Assembly (NCBI GenBank): GCA_964402265.1
Contig: CAYOBG010000001.1
Location: forward strand, 28,419 to 68,624
Source: an uncultured Candidatus Nitrosotenuis sp.
Lineage (GTDB): Archaea > Thermoproteota > Nitrososphaeria > Nitrososphaerales > Nitrosopumilaceae
Direction of reading: 5' to 3'
DNA length: 40,206 nt
In this document: in pieces, positions 9,802 to 18,254 of the stretch
How positions within the stretch are numbered: position 1 is the stretch's first letter
Layout of the letters: every line of letters begins with the position of its first letter
Notes under the pieces: generated by a model
Seen by the model: only the letters and a program-made list of their open reading frames with translations
What the model was told of the DNA's origin: nothing
The model's database searches: none
Position numbers and translations under genes: made by a program

Positions 9802-10761
9802 GTGTCTGTGAAAGTTCTCGTTACTGGCGGCCTAGGTTTTATCGGCAGTAATTTTATCCTACTCGCATTAAAAAATCCAAAACTCAGAATAACAAATATT
9901 GATGCTAGTTTACCAGGCTCAAATATACAGAATCTGAAACAAGTAAAAAATAATGCTAGATACAGATACATTAAGGGAAATATTACCAACAAAAAGCTCG
10001 TTGATAAACTTGCCTCAAATGTAGATGTAATAGTCAACTTTGCTGCAGAATCTCATGTAGATAGAAGCATTTCTGATCCTCAACCATTTATTGATTCAAA
10101 TATCTACGGAACATACACATTACTAGAAGCGATACGAAAGCACAGGAAAAAACTAATTCAGATATCCACAGATGAAGTTTTTGGCAGCCTCAAATCAGCT
10201 AATGCTACAGAAAGATATCCATACAATCCATCAAGCCCATACGCCGCGTCAAAAGCAGCAGCTGAGAATCTTGTAAATTCGTATTTCATCACATATGATT
10301 CTGATGTAATAACAACACGATGTACTAACAATTATGGCCCAAGACAATCGCCTGAAAAACTCATTCCAAAAACAATATTGCTAGCAGAACAAAACAAAAA
10401 AATCCCAATTTATGGAACTGGAAAAAATATTAGAGATTGGATTTTTGTTCAAGATCATTGTGATGCGATTCTCAGGGTTTTATTTGAAGGGAAAAGAGGC
10501 GAATCTTACAATATCTCTGCAAACAATGAAGTGGACAATTTGAAAATTGTGAAAAAAATTTTAAAGATAATGGAAAGATCAGAGAACCTAATTGAGTTTA
10601 CTTCAGATAGGCCAGGTCATGATTTTAGATACAGTCTCAATTCAAACAAAATACGAAGAAAGTTATCATGGCGGCCTACTCATAAATTTGAAGATGGTTT
10701 AGAGCAAACTATAGAGTGGTATCAACAAAACAAAGAATGGCGCAGGCACATCAGAAATTAG
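9802..10761 (+). CDS. rmlB: dTDP-glucose 4,6-dehydratase
   Basis: VTGGLGFIGSNF, FAAESHVDRSI, ISTDEVFG, PSSPYAASKA, NNYGPRQ.PEKLIP, DRPGHDFRY. Confidence 0.95.
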   Translation: MSVKVLVTGGLGFIGSNFILLALKNPKLRITNIDASLPGSNIQNLKQVKNNARYRYIKGNITNKKLVDKLASNVDVIVNFAAESHVDRSISDPQPFIDSNIYGTYTLLEAIRKHRKKLIQISTDEVFGSLKSANATERYPYNPSSPYAASKAAAENLVNSYFITYDSDVITTRCTNNYGPRQSPEKLIPKTILLAEQNKKIPIYGTGKNIRDWIFVQDHCDAILRVLFEGKRGESYNISANNEVDNLKIVKKILKIMERSENLIEFTSDRPGHDFRYSLNSNKIRRKLSWRPTHKFEDGLEQTIEWYQQNKEWRRHIRN

Positions 10762-10821
10762 GCATTTACAATATCTTGGAAAACTAGATAAGATAATAAA
10801 AAATAAGAACGAATTGATTAA

Positions 10822-11880
10822 TTGAAAGGAATAATTTTACACGGCGGCCATGGCACTAGATTAAGGCCGCTTACACACACTGGCCCAAAACAATTACTGC
10901 CAATTGCAAACAAACCAATGTCACAGTATTGCCTAGAGTCATTAAAAGATGCAGGTATTGTAGATATTGCAATAATTATTGGAGGTATTGGTTCAGACAA
11001 AGTCCAAGAATATTACGGTGACGGTGAAAAATTTGGTGTAAAATTAACATATATTTTTCAAGATGCACCACGTGGAATTGCACAGGCAATAAGACTTTGT
11101 AAGGAATTTGTAAATGGTGAAAAGTTTATAGTATTTTTAGGAGACAACATTCTTAAAAAAAGTATTGCAGAGTACATCCAAAGATTCAAAGACTCAGACG
11201 CTAGCGCATCAATTTTGTTATGTGAGGTGAGTAATCCGACACAATTTGGAATAGCTGATATCAAAGATGGCGTCATAAAAAAAATAATGGAAAAACCAAA
11301 AGATCCTCCAACCAATCTTGCGGTAACTGGTATCTATCTTCTTACACCCACAATATTTGATATCATTGACAGACTAAAACCATCGTGGAGAAATGAATAT
11401 GAGATAACAGATGCACTTCAGATGCTCTTACAAGAAGAATACAAGATAATTTACAATATGGTAACAGATTACTGGAAAGATACTGGTACTCCACAGGATA
11501 TCATACACGCGAATCAGGTCATACTAAGTGATATGAAGCCATATTTCGAAGGTAAAGAAGAAGAGAATGTAATCATAACTGGGAATGTCATGATTGGTCC
11601 TGGAACCACAATCAAAAACGGTTCCAAGTTAACTGGCCCTGTAATAATTGGCAAGGACTGTCAGATTGGCCCCAATGCCAACATTGGCTCCAATACAAGT
11701 ATAGGAGATAACACAAAGCTGTCTAATTGTCATATTGAAAACTCGATAATCATGTCAGGTTGTACTATTGAGGGGGATTTTATCATCAAAGACAGCATAA
11801 TTGCGTTTAATTCTGAAATTACATCAAGTTCTCCAAACAAAGTGTTTTTGTTGGGAGAAGGAACTAAGATTTCTCTCTAG
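10822..11880 (+). CDS. rmlA: Glucose-1-phosphate thymidylyltransferase, long (archaeal-type) form with C-terminal hexapeptide repeats
   Basis: GGHGTRLRPLTHTGPKQLLPIANKP, LGDN, EKP, PSWRNEYEITDA, WKDTG; C-terminal LbH repeats. Confidence 0.93.
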   Translation: MKGIILHGGHGTRLRPLTHTGPKQLLPIANKPMSQYCLESLKDAGIVDIAIIIGGIGSDKVQEYYGDGEKFGVKLTYIFQDAPRGIAQAIRLCKEFVNGEKFIVFLGDNILKKSIAEYIQRFKDSDASASILLCEVSNPTQFGIADIKDGVIKKIMEKPKDPPTNLAVTGIYLLTPTIFDIIDRLKPSWRNEYEITDALQMLLQEEYKIIYNMVTDYWKDTGTPQDIIHANQVILSDMKPYFEGKEEENVIITGNVMIGPGTTIKNGSKLTGPVIIGKDCQIGPNANIGSNTSIGDNTKLSNCHIENSIIMSGCTIEGDFIIKDSIIAFNSEITSSSPNKVFLLGEGTKISL

Positions 11881-11887
11881 TTGTAAA

Positions 11888-12943
11888 TTGATAGACAAAT
11901 TGTTTAATCCCAAAGTAAGCATCATAGTTTTAAATTATAATGCAGGAGAATTGTTGCTTAATTGTTTAGAATCAGTTTTCAGGACATCATATGATAACAT
12001 CGAAGTGATTGTTGTCGATAATGCATCAAAAGACCAAAGTCACAAAAAATGCAAGGAAAAATTTGACAAGATCAAATTAATTGAAAACAAGCAAAATTTA
12101 GGATATTGTGAAGGAAACAATGTTGGGATACGAGAGGCTAGTGGAGAGTTTATTGTAATTCTCAATCCAGACACTACAGTAGATCGCAATTGGATAATAG
12201 AGCTTATTTCGGCTTACAGAAAATACGGTGAGGGGCTCTATCAGCCAAAGATAATTTCATTGTATGAGGAAAATATTTTACAAAGCACTGGTAACATGAT
12301 ACATCTTTTTGGATTTGGGTTTGCAAGAGATAAGGGAATCCCGGATATCTCTCAGCAAAAGGAAATAGAACGGATAGGATATGCTTCAGGCACCTGCCTT
12401 TTTACTTCGCAACAAGTTATAAAAAAAATTGGGTTGTTTGATTCATTTTTGTTTTTGTATCACGATGATCTGGATTTGGGCTGGAGGGCTGCACAATTAG
12501 GAATAAAATCATATTATGTTCCACTTGCTACGATATATCACGCTGAGAGCTATAGCCTAAAATGGAGCTCAAAGAAGTTTTTCTGGCTTGAAAGGAATAG
12601 AAGATACTGCCTTTTGACACATTATTCTAGAAATACATACAAGAAGATGCTTCCGTATTTGAGACAGACAGAGTTCATGGTTTGGTTGTTTTATATATCA
12701 AAAGGGTTTCTTGGTGCAAAGATTAGAGCTGAGCTTGACATAATTAAGAACAAACAATACATTGCAGAAAAATATCAGGAATTAGAAGCTAAGAAGATAA
12801 TTCCAGATACGGAATTGATTAAATCGTTTCCAGATGAGATCTTTATTCCAAAAAATGTGAGCGACGGTTTTGGAAGTCGCATTTTTAATTCACTACTAGT
12901 AATCCTCAGTCAAAAAGCCAAAAACAAAATATTAAGTAAATAA
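11888..12943 (+). CDS. GT2, WbbL/rhamnosyltransferase-like
   Basis: VSIIVLNYN, VVDNASKD, NLGYCEGNNVG, LNPDT, FLYHDDLDLGWR; start moved to TTG 11888 to avoid an overlap with rmlA. Confidence 0.85.
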   Translation: MIDKLFNPKVSIIVLNYNAGELLLNCLESVFRTSYDNIEVIVVDNASKDQSHKKCKEKFDKIKLIENKQNLGYCEGNNVGIREASGEFIVILNPDTTVDRNWIIELISAYRKYGEGLYQPKIISLYEENILQSTGNMIHLFGFGFARDKGIPDISQQKEIERIGYASGTCLFTSQQVIKKIGLFDSFLFLYHDDLDLGWRAAQLGIKSYYVPLATIYHAESYSLKWSSKKFFWLERNRRYCLLTHYSRNTYKKMLPYLRQTEFMVWLFYISKGFLGAKIRAELDIIKNKQYIAEKYQELEAKKIIPDTELIKSFPDEIFIPKNVSDGFGSRIFNSLLVILSQKAKNKILSK

Positions 12944-12945
12944 TC

Positions 12946-13305
12946 TTAAATTGTAAGTTCTGATAGCACGATTGCAACTGCTAGGTTTTTTTCATGACTC
13001 ATAGATACATAAAATGAATAATTGCTTTCTAGTTTTTTTAGTCGTACATGTGGTTTTGACTTTATATGATATGTTTCTATATCGATCATACGTACTCTAT
13101 TGCATATTGATTTTTTTACTGCTTCCTTGATTGCAAATTTTCCTGCAAAATGTTCATGATAGTTTTTGTATTTTAGACAGTATTTTATTTCAGATTGATT
13201 AAAAATCTGTTTGTAAAAGTCAGGCTTTGATTCAAATGGAATTTGCCTGAATCTATCCACATCAACAATATCTATTCCAATCCCAATGTTGTTGAGCATA
13301 TTCAT
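12946..13305 (-). CDS. acpS: Holo-[acyl-carrier-protein] synthase (AcpS-type 4'-phosphopantetheinyl transferase)
   Basis: GIGIDIVDVDRF, IF..SEIKYC, HFAGKFAIKEAVKKS, SMSHEKNLAVAIV; ATG 13305 overlaps the MaoC TGA (ATGA). Confidence 0.9.
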   Translation of the reverse strand: MNMLNNIGIGIDIVDVDRFRQIPFESKPDFYKQIFNQSEIKYCLKYKNYHEHFAGKFAIKEAVKKSICNRVRMIDIETYHIKSKPHVRLKKLESNYSFYVSMSHEKNLAVAIVLSELTI

Positions 13306-13736
13306 TGATCTTGGCGTACTATTATCTTGGCTATTCCGTCCACTAAACAAACTCCGGTTTGATTGTGAATTAGTGTCTTTAGGGTTATTATTCTTGTTGA
13401 GTCACTTTTGTCAATTACTTCACCCTTGACTGTGATAGTATCACCTACATAACATGGTGCTTGAAAATTTAGAGTCTGAGAAAAATATAATGCATTTTTA
13501 CCCGGTAGATACATCCCCACCAGTTTTGAAAAAAACGATGCTAGAAGCATACCATGGCAAACTCGTTTTTTGAATCTAGTGTTTGTTGCGTAGCTGTCAT
13601 CCATGTGAAGTGGGTTGTAATCACCTGAAAGCATTGCAAAATTATCAAGACTTAGTTTACTGATTTTTTCTGTGAATTTTTTACTGTCACCTATTTCGAT
13701 TTCTTCAAATTCAAGTTCATTTAGCAAATCAGTCAT
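13302..13736 (-). CDS. MaoC/PhaJ-like hot-dog (R)-specific dehydratase
   Basis: Hydratase-2 motif FAMLSGDYNPLH...RVCHGML, LPGKNALY.SQ.LNF..P.YVGD. Confidence 0.9.
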   Translation of the reverse strand: MTDLLNELEFEEIEIGDSKKFTEKISKLSLDNFAMLSGDYNPLHMDDSYATNTRFKKRVCHGMLLASFFSKLVGMYLPGKNALYFSQTLNFQAPCYVGDTITVKGEVIDKSDSTRIITLKTLIHNQTGVCLVDGIAKIIVRQDQ

Positions 13737-13965
13737 TTAACACAACTCCATGGTTACCAAGATGGCGTTTGATGTCGGCTACTTTTTTTACATCCATAGC
13801 TTCATCAATTGTAAATTTTACTTTAAACTCACTTTCCAGCTCATAAAGCAAGACATATCCCTTAAACGAAGTCCAACTTTCAATTGATTCCGGACCGGAA
13901 TCATCAGTAACCGAAGATGCTGGTACATTCATCACTCTTGCAATAAGATCATACAACTTTGACAT
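13729..13965 (-). CDS. Acyl carrier protein (78 aa)
   Basis: Small acidic protein, IESWTSFKGYVLLYELESEFKVKFTIDEAMDVKKVADI; Ser33 sits at the phosphopantetheine position; located between fkbH and maoC/acpS. Confidence 0.85.
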   Translation of the reverse strand: MSKLYDLIARVMNVPASSVTDDSGPESIESWTSFKGYVLLYELESEFKVKFTIDEAMDVKKVADIKRHLGNHGVVLND

Positions 13966-15716
13966 TATTCAGCACTAACTGTAAGACAGCTTGGTATTTC
14001 AAATGACGATTTAATAGAATAGACCCAAGAATCTGCGTCTTTTTTGAATCCACAATTAGGAAGAAAGTCTTCAATTGGCTTATTTTTTGAAGTTGGGACA
14101 AATTGTGCTCTTATTTTTTCAACTCCATCTTCCTTTGCTTTGTTTATAATATAACTAAGAATTCCCTTTTCCACTTCTCTTCCCATAACCCTACAACTAA
14201 GAAGAAATGTATCTAGAAACCATTCTTTTTGATTTTCTTTGTGAACTATGAAAACTCCAGTTATTCCATTGTCACCAAATTTATCTTCAACTTGAGCACA
14301 TCCAATAAAATAATTTGTATCCTGAGAAAATTTTCTGATGTCATTTTCCTGATATCTTTTGGTTGTTAAATTAAATTGATTCGTCTTTAATGTAAGCTGA
14401 GAAATTCTAGATATTGTAAATTCGTTGGCTTTTTTTATTGATATTTTAAGATCTAGTTGTTTTAGAAAACCTTCTAGATCAGGTGTAGATTTTTCTAGCT
14501 CAATTCGTTTTCTTTGTTCTGAATACATTTTACCTCTTTGTTGATCTTCCTGTGTTATGTTCAAGACACTGAATTCATTAAGATCTTTCAGAATATTTAC
14601 AAATTCTGATGGATCTTGAGGCAATTCAACAGTTTCAACCTGTGGAAGATTAATTCTCATATATTCTCTATTTACTGGATCGTCATCAAAAAAAACAATG
14701 CTGTCCAAACCAATATTGATCTCATTTGCAATATATTTCATGTTTGACACCTTGTCATTCCAGTTTATTTTCAAAGATGCAAAGTGATCTTCTCTTAGTT
14801 GCATGTATGGATGTTCTCGGATTACTTTAATTGCATCATCATAGTTGTTTTTGCTGTTTATTGCGAGAATTATACCTCGCTGGTGAAGAGAGAGTAGTAC
14901 TTTTTGAAATTCCATGAATGCATTTCCTGGCGGTTCTGGCCCTAACTTTAAGCCATTAAAACCATCCTCACCAACAATTCCCCCCCACAAGGTATTATCA
15001 AGATCTAATACTATGCATTTTTTTGATATTCCCATATAGCCTATCACATATGACATTAGATTCGATGCAAGATATGGGATGTAATCAAGTGAAATTTTCA
15101 TGTCGCCAAAGAAAAACTGTTTGTAATCGAAGATATTCTTCTCACCGAATTTTGTTATAAATCCAGCAAAATCATAAACATATACAGAATCTGAATTTGA
15201 CAGTGCATCAGATATCTTGGTGTTAATTTCATTTAACATTCTGTGAAAACCAAAGTCGGTTTTGCTTTCAAAAATTCCATATGAAGAAAATGTTGGAATT
15301 GAAAAATTCGCCAAGACTAATTTTGATTTTGTTGTTTGAGAAAATTTTTTTGCCAAAGATAATATTTCGTTTGTCTTCTCATCAACTAGTTTTCTTCTTT
15401 CTTCTACGGATATCGAGTGAGAGTGATGGAACAGATTCATGAGTAATGTTCTTGTATCTATAAGAAGAAATGAGATTTCCGGATTAAATTTGTAAAGATT
15501 ACTCGTTGGGTTTAATATTTCCTGATTATATTGATTATAGTTTCCAACGTATGTAGTACATTGAATTTTTTTTTCTGCACACTTTACCTGCATTGTTTCA
15601 GCAAGTCCATTTAATGTAAAACTGCCCAACAGAGCAATACGAATTTTTTGATCAAAGGATTGGTTGTTTAATTCAGATGCCTTATTGATATAGTAAGATA
15701 GTTTTTGTTCTCTCAT
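13965..15716 (-). CDS. FkbH-like HAD-IIIC glyceryl-ACP synthase (1,3-BPG phosphatase/transferase) with N-terminal extension
   Basis: KKCIVLDLDNTLWGGIVGEDG (HAD motif I), SKNN, NWNDK, FFDDDPVNR, KTNQFNLTT, DKFGDNG, FLLSCRVMGREVE. Confidence 0.92.
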   Translation of the reverse strand: MREQKLSYYINKASELNNQSFDQKIRIALLGSFTLNGLAETMQVKCAEKKIQCTTYVGNYNQYNQEILNPTSNLYKFNPEISFLLIDTRTLLMNLFHHSHSISVEERRKLVDEKTNEILSLAKKFSQTTKSKLVLANFSIPTFSSYGIFESKTDFGFHRMLNEINTKISDALSNSDSVYVYDFAGFITKFGEKNIFDYKQFFFGDMKISLDYIPYLASNLMSYVIGYMGISKKCIVLDLDNTLWGGIVGEDGFNGLKLGPEPPGNAFMEFQKVLLSLHQRGIILAINSKNNYDDAIKVIREHPYMQLREDHFASLKINWNDKVSNMKYIANEINIGLDSIVFFDDDPVNREYMRINLPQVETVELPQDPSEFVNILKDLNEFSVLNITQEDQQRGKMYSEQRKRIELEKSTPDLEGFLKQLDLKISIKKANEFTISRISQLTLKTNQFNLTTKRYQENDIRKFSQDTNYFIGCAQVEDKFGDNGITGVFIVHKENQKEWFLDTFLLSCRVMGREVEKGILSYIINKAKEDGVEKIRAQFVPTSKNKPIEDFLPNCGFKKDADSWVYSIKSSFEIPSCLTVSAE

Positions 15717-15835
15717 AATTTTCTAATAAATCATAGTCTCAATAAGCTTTGTACTAATTATTTATTACGACCAAACAAGCAAGTATTTTTTCTCAGAAAG
15801 GTTTTAGATAATGTAAGCGATTTGAGGCTATAATC

Positions 15836-16372
15836 ATGAAAGATATTGAAATGGATGCTTTTTCTGTCAATGAGCAAGAAATTATGCAGTATTATGGATA
15901 TAGTGGTACCTGTGGCAGATTTCAACTACGGTGCAAGTTTCTTAAAACGTGGATGCTACACACAATTGCACATTCTACACCATTTTCAGATTTTGCCATA
16001 AAGCTACAGAGATCAAGAGGCGTTAAAATTGGAAAAAATTGCCATTTTTCTCCATATGTTTTAATTGATTTGCTTTATCCTCAGATTGTAACAATAGGGG
16101 ATAACGTTACTATAGGGAGTAACACTTTGATTTTTGCTCATGCAAATCCTACTACAAACCTATTTTTAAAGAAAAATGGATATCCTAGAAAAGTTGAACC
16201 CGTCAACATCAAGTCTGGTGCGGTGTTATTTCCTGGCTGCATAGTTACTGCAGGAGTAACCATAGGAGAAAATTCGTTAATTGGCGCTGGAAGTGTTGTT
16301 TTTGAAAGTGTGCCAGATTATTGTGTAGTTGTTGGAAACCCAGCAAGAATTGTGAAGCGAATTGAGCATTAG
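15836..16372 (+). CDS. Left-handed beta-helix (hexapeptide) acyltransferase
   Basis: GVKIGKN, VTIGDNVTIG, GVTIGENSLIGAGSVV..SVPDYCVVVGNPARIVK. Confidence 0.88.
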   Translation: MKDIEMDAFSVNEQEIMQYYGYSGTCGRFQLRCKFLKTWMLHTIAHSTPFSDFAIKLQRSRGVKIGKNCHFSPYVLIDLLYPQIVTIGDNVTIGSNTLIFAHANPTTNLFLKKNGYPRKVEPVNIKSGAVLFPGCIVTAGVTIGENSLIGAGSVVFESVPDYCVVVGNPARIVKRIEH

Positions 16373-16393
16373 ATTATCAATGGTAATACTAGA

Positions 16394-17230
16394 ATGAATA
16401 TTCTTGGCATAGATTTTGAAGATTGGTTTCATCCACAGTTAGTCCAGAGATATTTGGATGGAAAGAAGAGAACTCCAACAATAATTAATGGGTTGGATAA
16501 GATACTTGATTTTCTGCGTATCAAGAATGTGTACGCAACTTTTTTTGTGGTAGGTGAATTGTTAGAATATAAACCAGAAATTCTCGATAAGATAATCAAT
16601 CAAGGTCATGAGATTGGGTTTCACACCATGCACCATACAAGGCTTGATGAGCCTAATTTTAAAGAAAAATTTCAGGAAGAAATTATAAAATTTGCAAATT
16701 TGACAGAAAAGAAATCAGTGGGATTTAGAGCACCAACGTTTTCTTTGAATTATCAAAGTTCATGGGCGATAGAGATGTTAGTGAATAATGGTTATTCTTA
16801 TGACAGTAGTATCATGCCTGTGAAAACTGGTATGTACGGATTCGCAAATTCTGAGATTAAACCGTACAAAATAACATCAAAATCTCTTGAAAAGAATGAT
16901 CCTGAGGGAGAATTGATAGAATTTCCATTACTTGTTGGAAAATTGCTTGGTAGAACAATTCCCACATCTGGAGGTTTTTACATTCGGTTTTTACCTTTGA
17001 GTGTAATCAAAAAATCAATTATTGAATATGAGAAGATGAGAATTCCTTCGACGTTTTATATTCATTCATGGGAGCTCACACCAGAATTTATGCCAAAAAT
17101 TTCAATGTCAATCAAAGACAAATTCATTACTTATCATAATCTTAAAAATACTCTATCAAGAATGGATGAGTTGTTAAAAAAATTTGAATTTACTTCATTT
17201 AGCAGATACATACAAAAATACAATCTATAG
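16394..17230 (+). CDS. Polysaccharide deacetylase (CE4, PEP-CTERM/DUF3473-associated type)
   Basis: IDFEDWFH, ATFFVVG, GHEIGFH..HH, GFRAPTFS, YDSS, GGFYIRFLP, YIHSWEL. Confidence 0.88.
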   Translation: MNILGIDFEDWFHPQLVQRYLDGKKRTPTIINGLDKILDFLRIKNVYATFFVVGELLEYKPEILDKIINQGHEIGFHTMHHTRLDEPNFKEKFQEEIIKFANLTEKKSVGFRAPTFSLNYQSSWAIEMLVNNGYSYDSSIMPVKTGMYGFANSEIKPYKITSKSLEKNDPEGELIEFPLLVGKLLGRTIPTSGGFYIRFLPLSVIKKSIIEYEKMRIPSTFYIHSWELTPEFMPKISMSIKDKFITYHNLKNTLSRMDELLKKFEFTSFSRYIQKYNL

Positions 17231-18163
17231 ATTCACAGATTTAAAATAATTTAGTGTGTATCGAATTCCTTTATTAATTGAGACTTTTGGCTTCCAGCCT
17301 AGTGATTTTAACTTTTTATTATCGACTACAAAATTTCCCACATCTACTTTCCTTGCATATGATGGTGATTCAACATATGAGACAATTGTGTTTGTATATT
17401 TTTTCAATAATTGACCAATCTTGTATAATGGGGTCTTTTGATATGACGATATCCAATAAAGTTCGCCAGGTTTCCCTTTTTTCATAATGGTTTTGATTCC
17501 TGAAACTACATCAGATATGTAAATTAAGTCACGAATAGTTTTCCCTTTATCATACAAGGATATTTTTTCTCCTTTGTAAGCTCTGTACAATAAATAATTT
17601 ATAGCATTTTTACCTGACATGTATTGTTCTCTTGGACCATACGAATTTGTAATTCTGAATATTATTGTATCTAGCCCATACATTTTATGATAGATCTTTG
17701 AATAATGTTCACTAGCTAGTCGATTAGTTCCATAAATTGTATTAGGATTACATGGCGACTCTTCGTTTATTGGTAATTTTGTTGGTTTACCGATAACAAT
17801 GAAGGTACTGCCCAAAAGGAATCTACATTTGAAGTTGAGAGTGCGAATTATTTCCAAGATATAAAGAGTAGATTTTGCATTCAGTTCTATGTCAAGTATC
17901 GGATTTTCAAAAGATTTTGAATGTGATGTCTCACCAGCAAGATGAATTATGACATCTGGTTTGTTTTTTTCAATGGAGGTTTTTAATTTTTTAAAATTAG
18001 TTACGTCTATTTTCTCTATAATAATTTTTTTTTGAATATGTTTAATATTATTTTTTTTTGAATAGCTACGAGTCAGTACTATCAGATTATGTTTATCTTT
18101 AAGTAGGGCGTCACATAGATGACTACCAACAAATCCAAAACCGCCAGTAATCATAATCTTCAT
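17225..18163 (-). CDS. NAD-dependent epimerase/dehydratase (extended SDR)
   Basis: MKIMITGGFGFVGSHL starting at ATG 18163; the catalytic motif reads YGTNR (Arg in place of the usual Lys); NSYGPR. Confidence 0.85.
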   Translation of the reverse strand: MKIMITGGFGFVGSHLCDALLKDKHNLIVLTRSYSKKNNIKHIQKKIIIEKIDVTNFKKLKTSIEKNKPDVIIHLAGETSHSKSFENPILDIELNAKSTLYILEIIRTLNFKCRFLLGSTFIVIGKPTKLPINEESPCNPNTIYGTNRLASEHYSKIYHKMYGLDTIIFRITNSYGPREQYMSGKNAINYLLYRAYKGEKISLYDKGKTIRDLIYISDVVSGIKTIMKKGKPGELYWISSYQKTPLYKIGQLLKKYTNTIVSYVESPSYARKVDVGNFVVDNKKLKSLGWKPKVSINKGIRYTLNYFKSVNL

Positions 18164-18254
18164 ACTATAAATCAGTAAAGATCTTGCTATTAATGTTAAT
18201 TTAGAATAACAAGATGTTAATTGGATTAATATAAAACACAATTTAAAAAATAAT

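Noticed and set aside
14980-14986. C7 tract in fkbH and several A/T 9-10 runs (e.g. ~2157, ~15566, ~18051) as phase-variation sites
   Set aside because: The runs are short, in frame, encode ordinary or conserved residues (WGG, KK) and are expected in AT-rich DNA.
12946-15716. Reading the ACP cassette as a fatty-acid synthase or PKS/methoxymalonyl-ACP cluster
   Set aside because: No ketosynthase, malonyl transferase, FabG/FabI or FkbI/FkbK-type dehydrogenase in the window; their presence elsewhere in the genome cannot be excluded.
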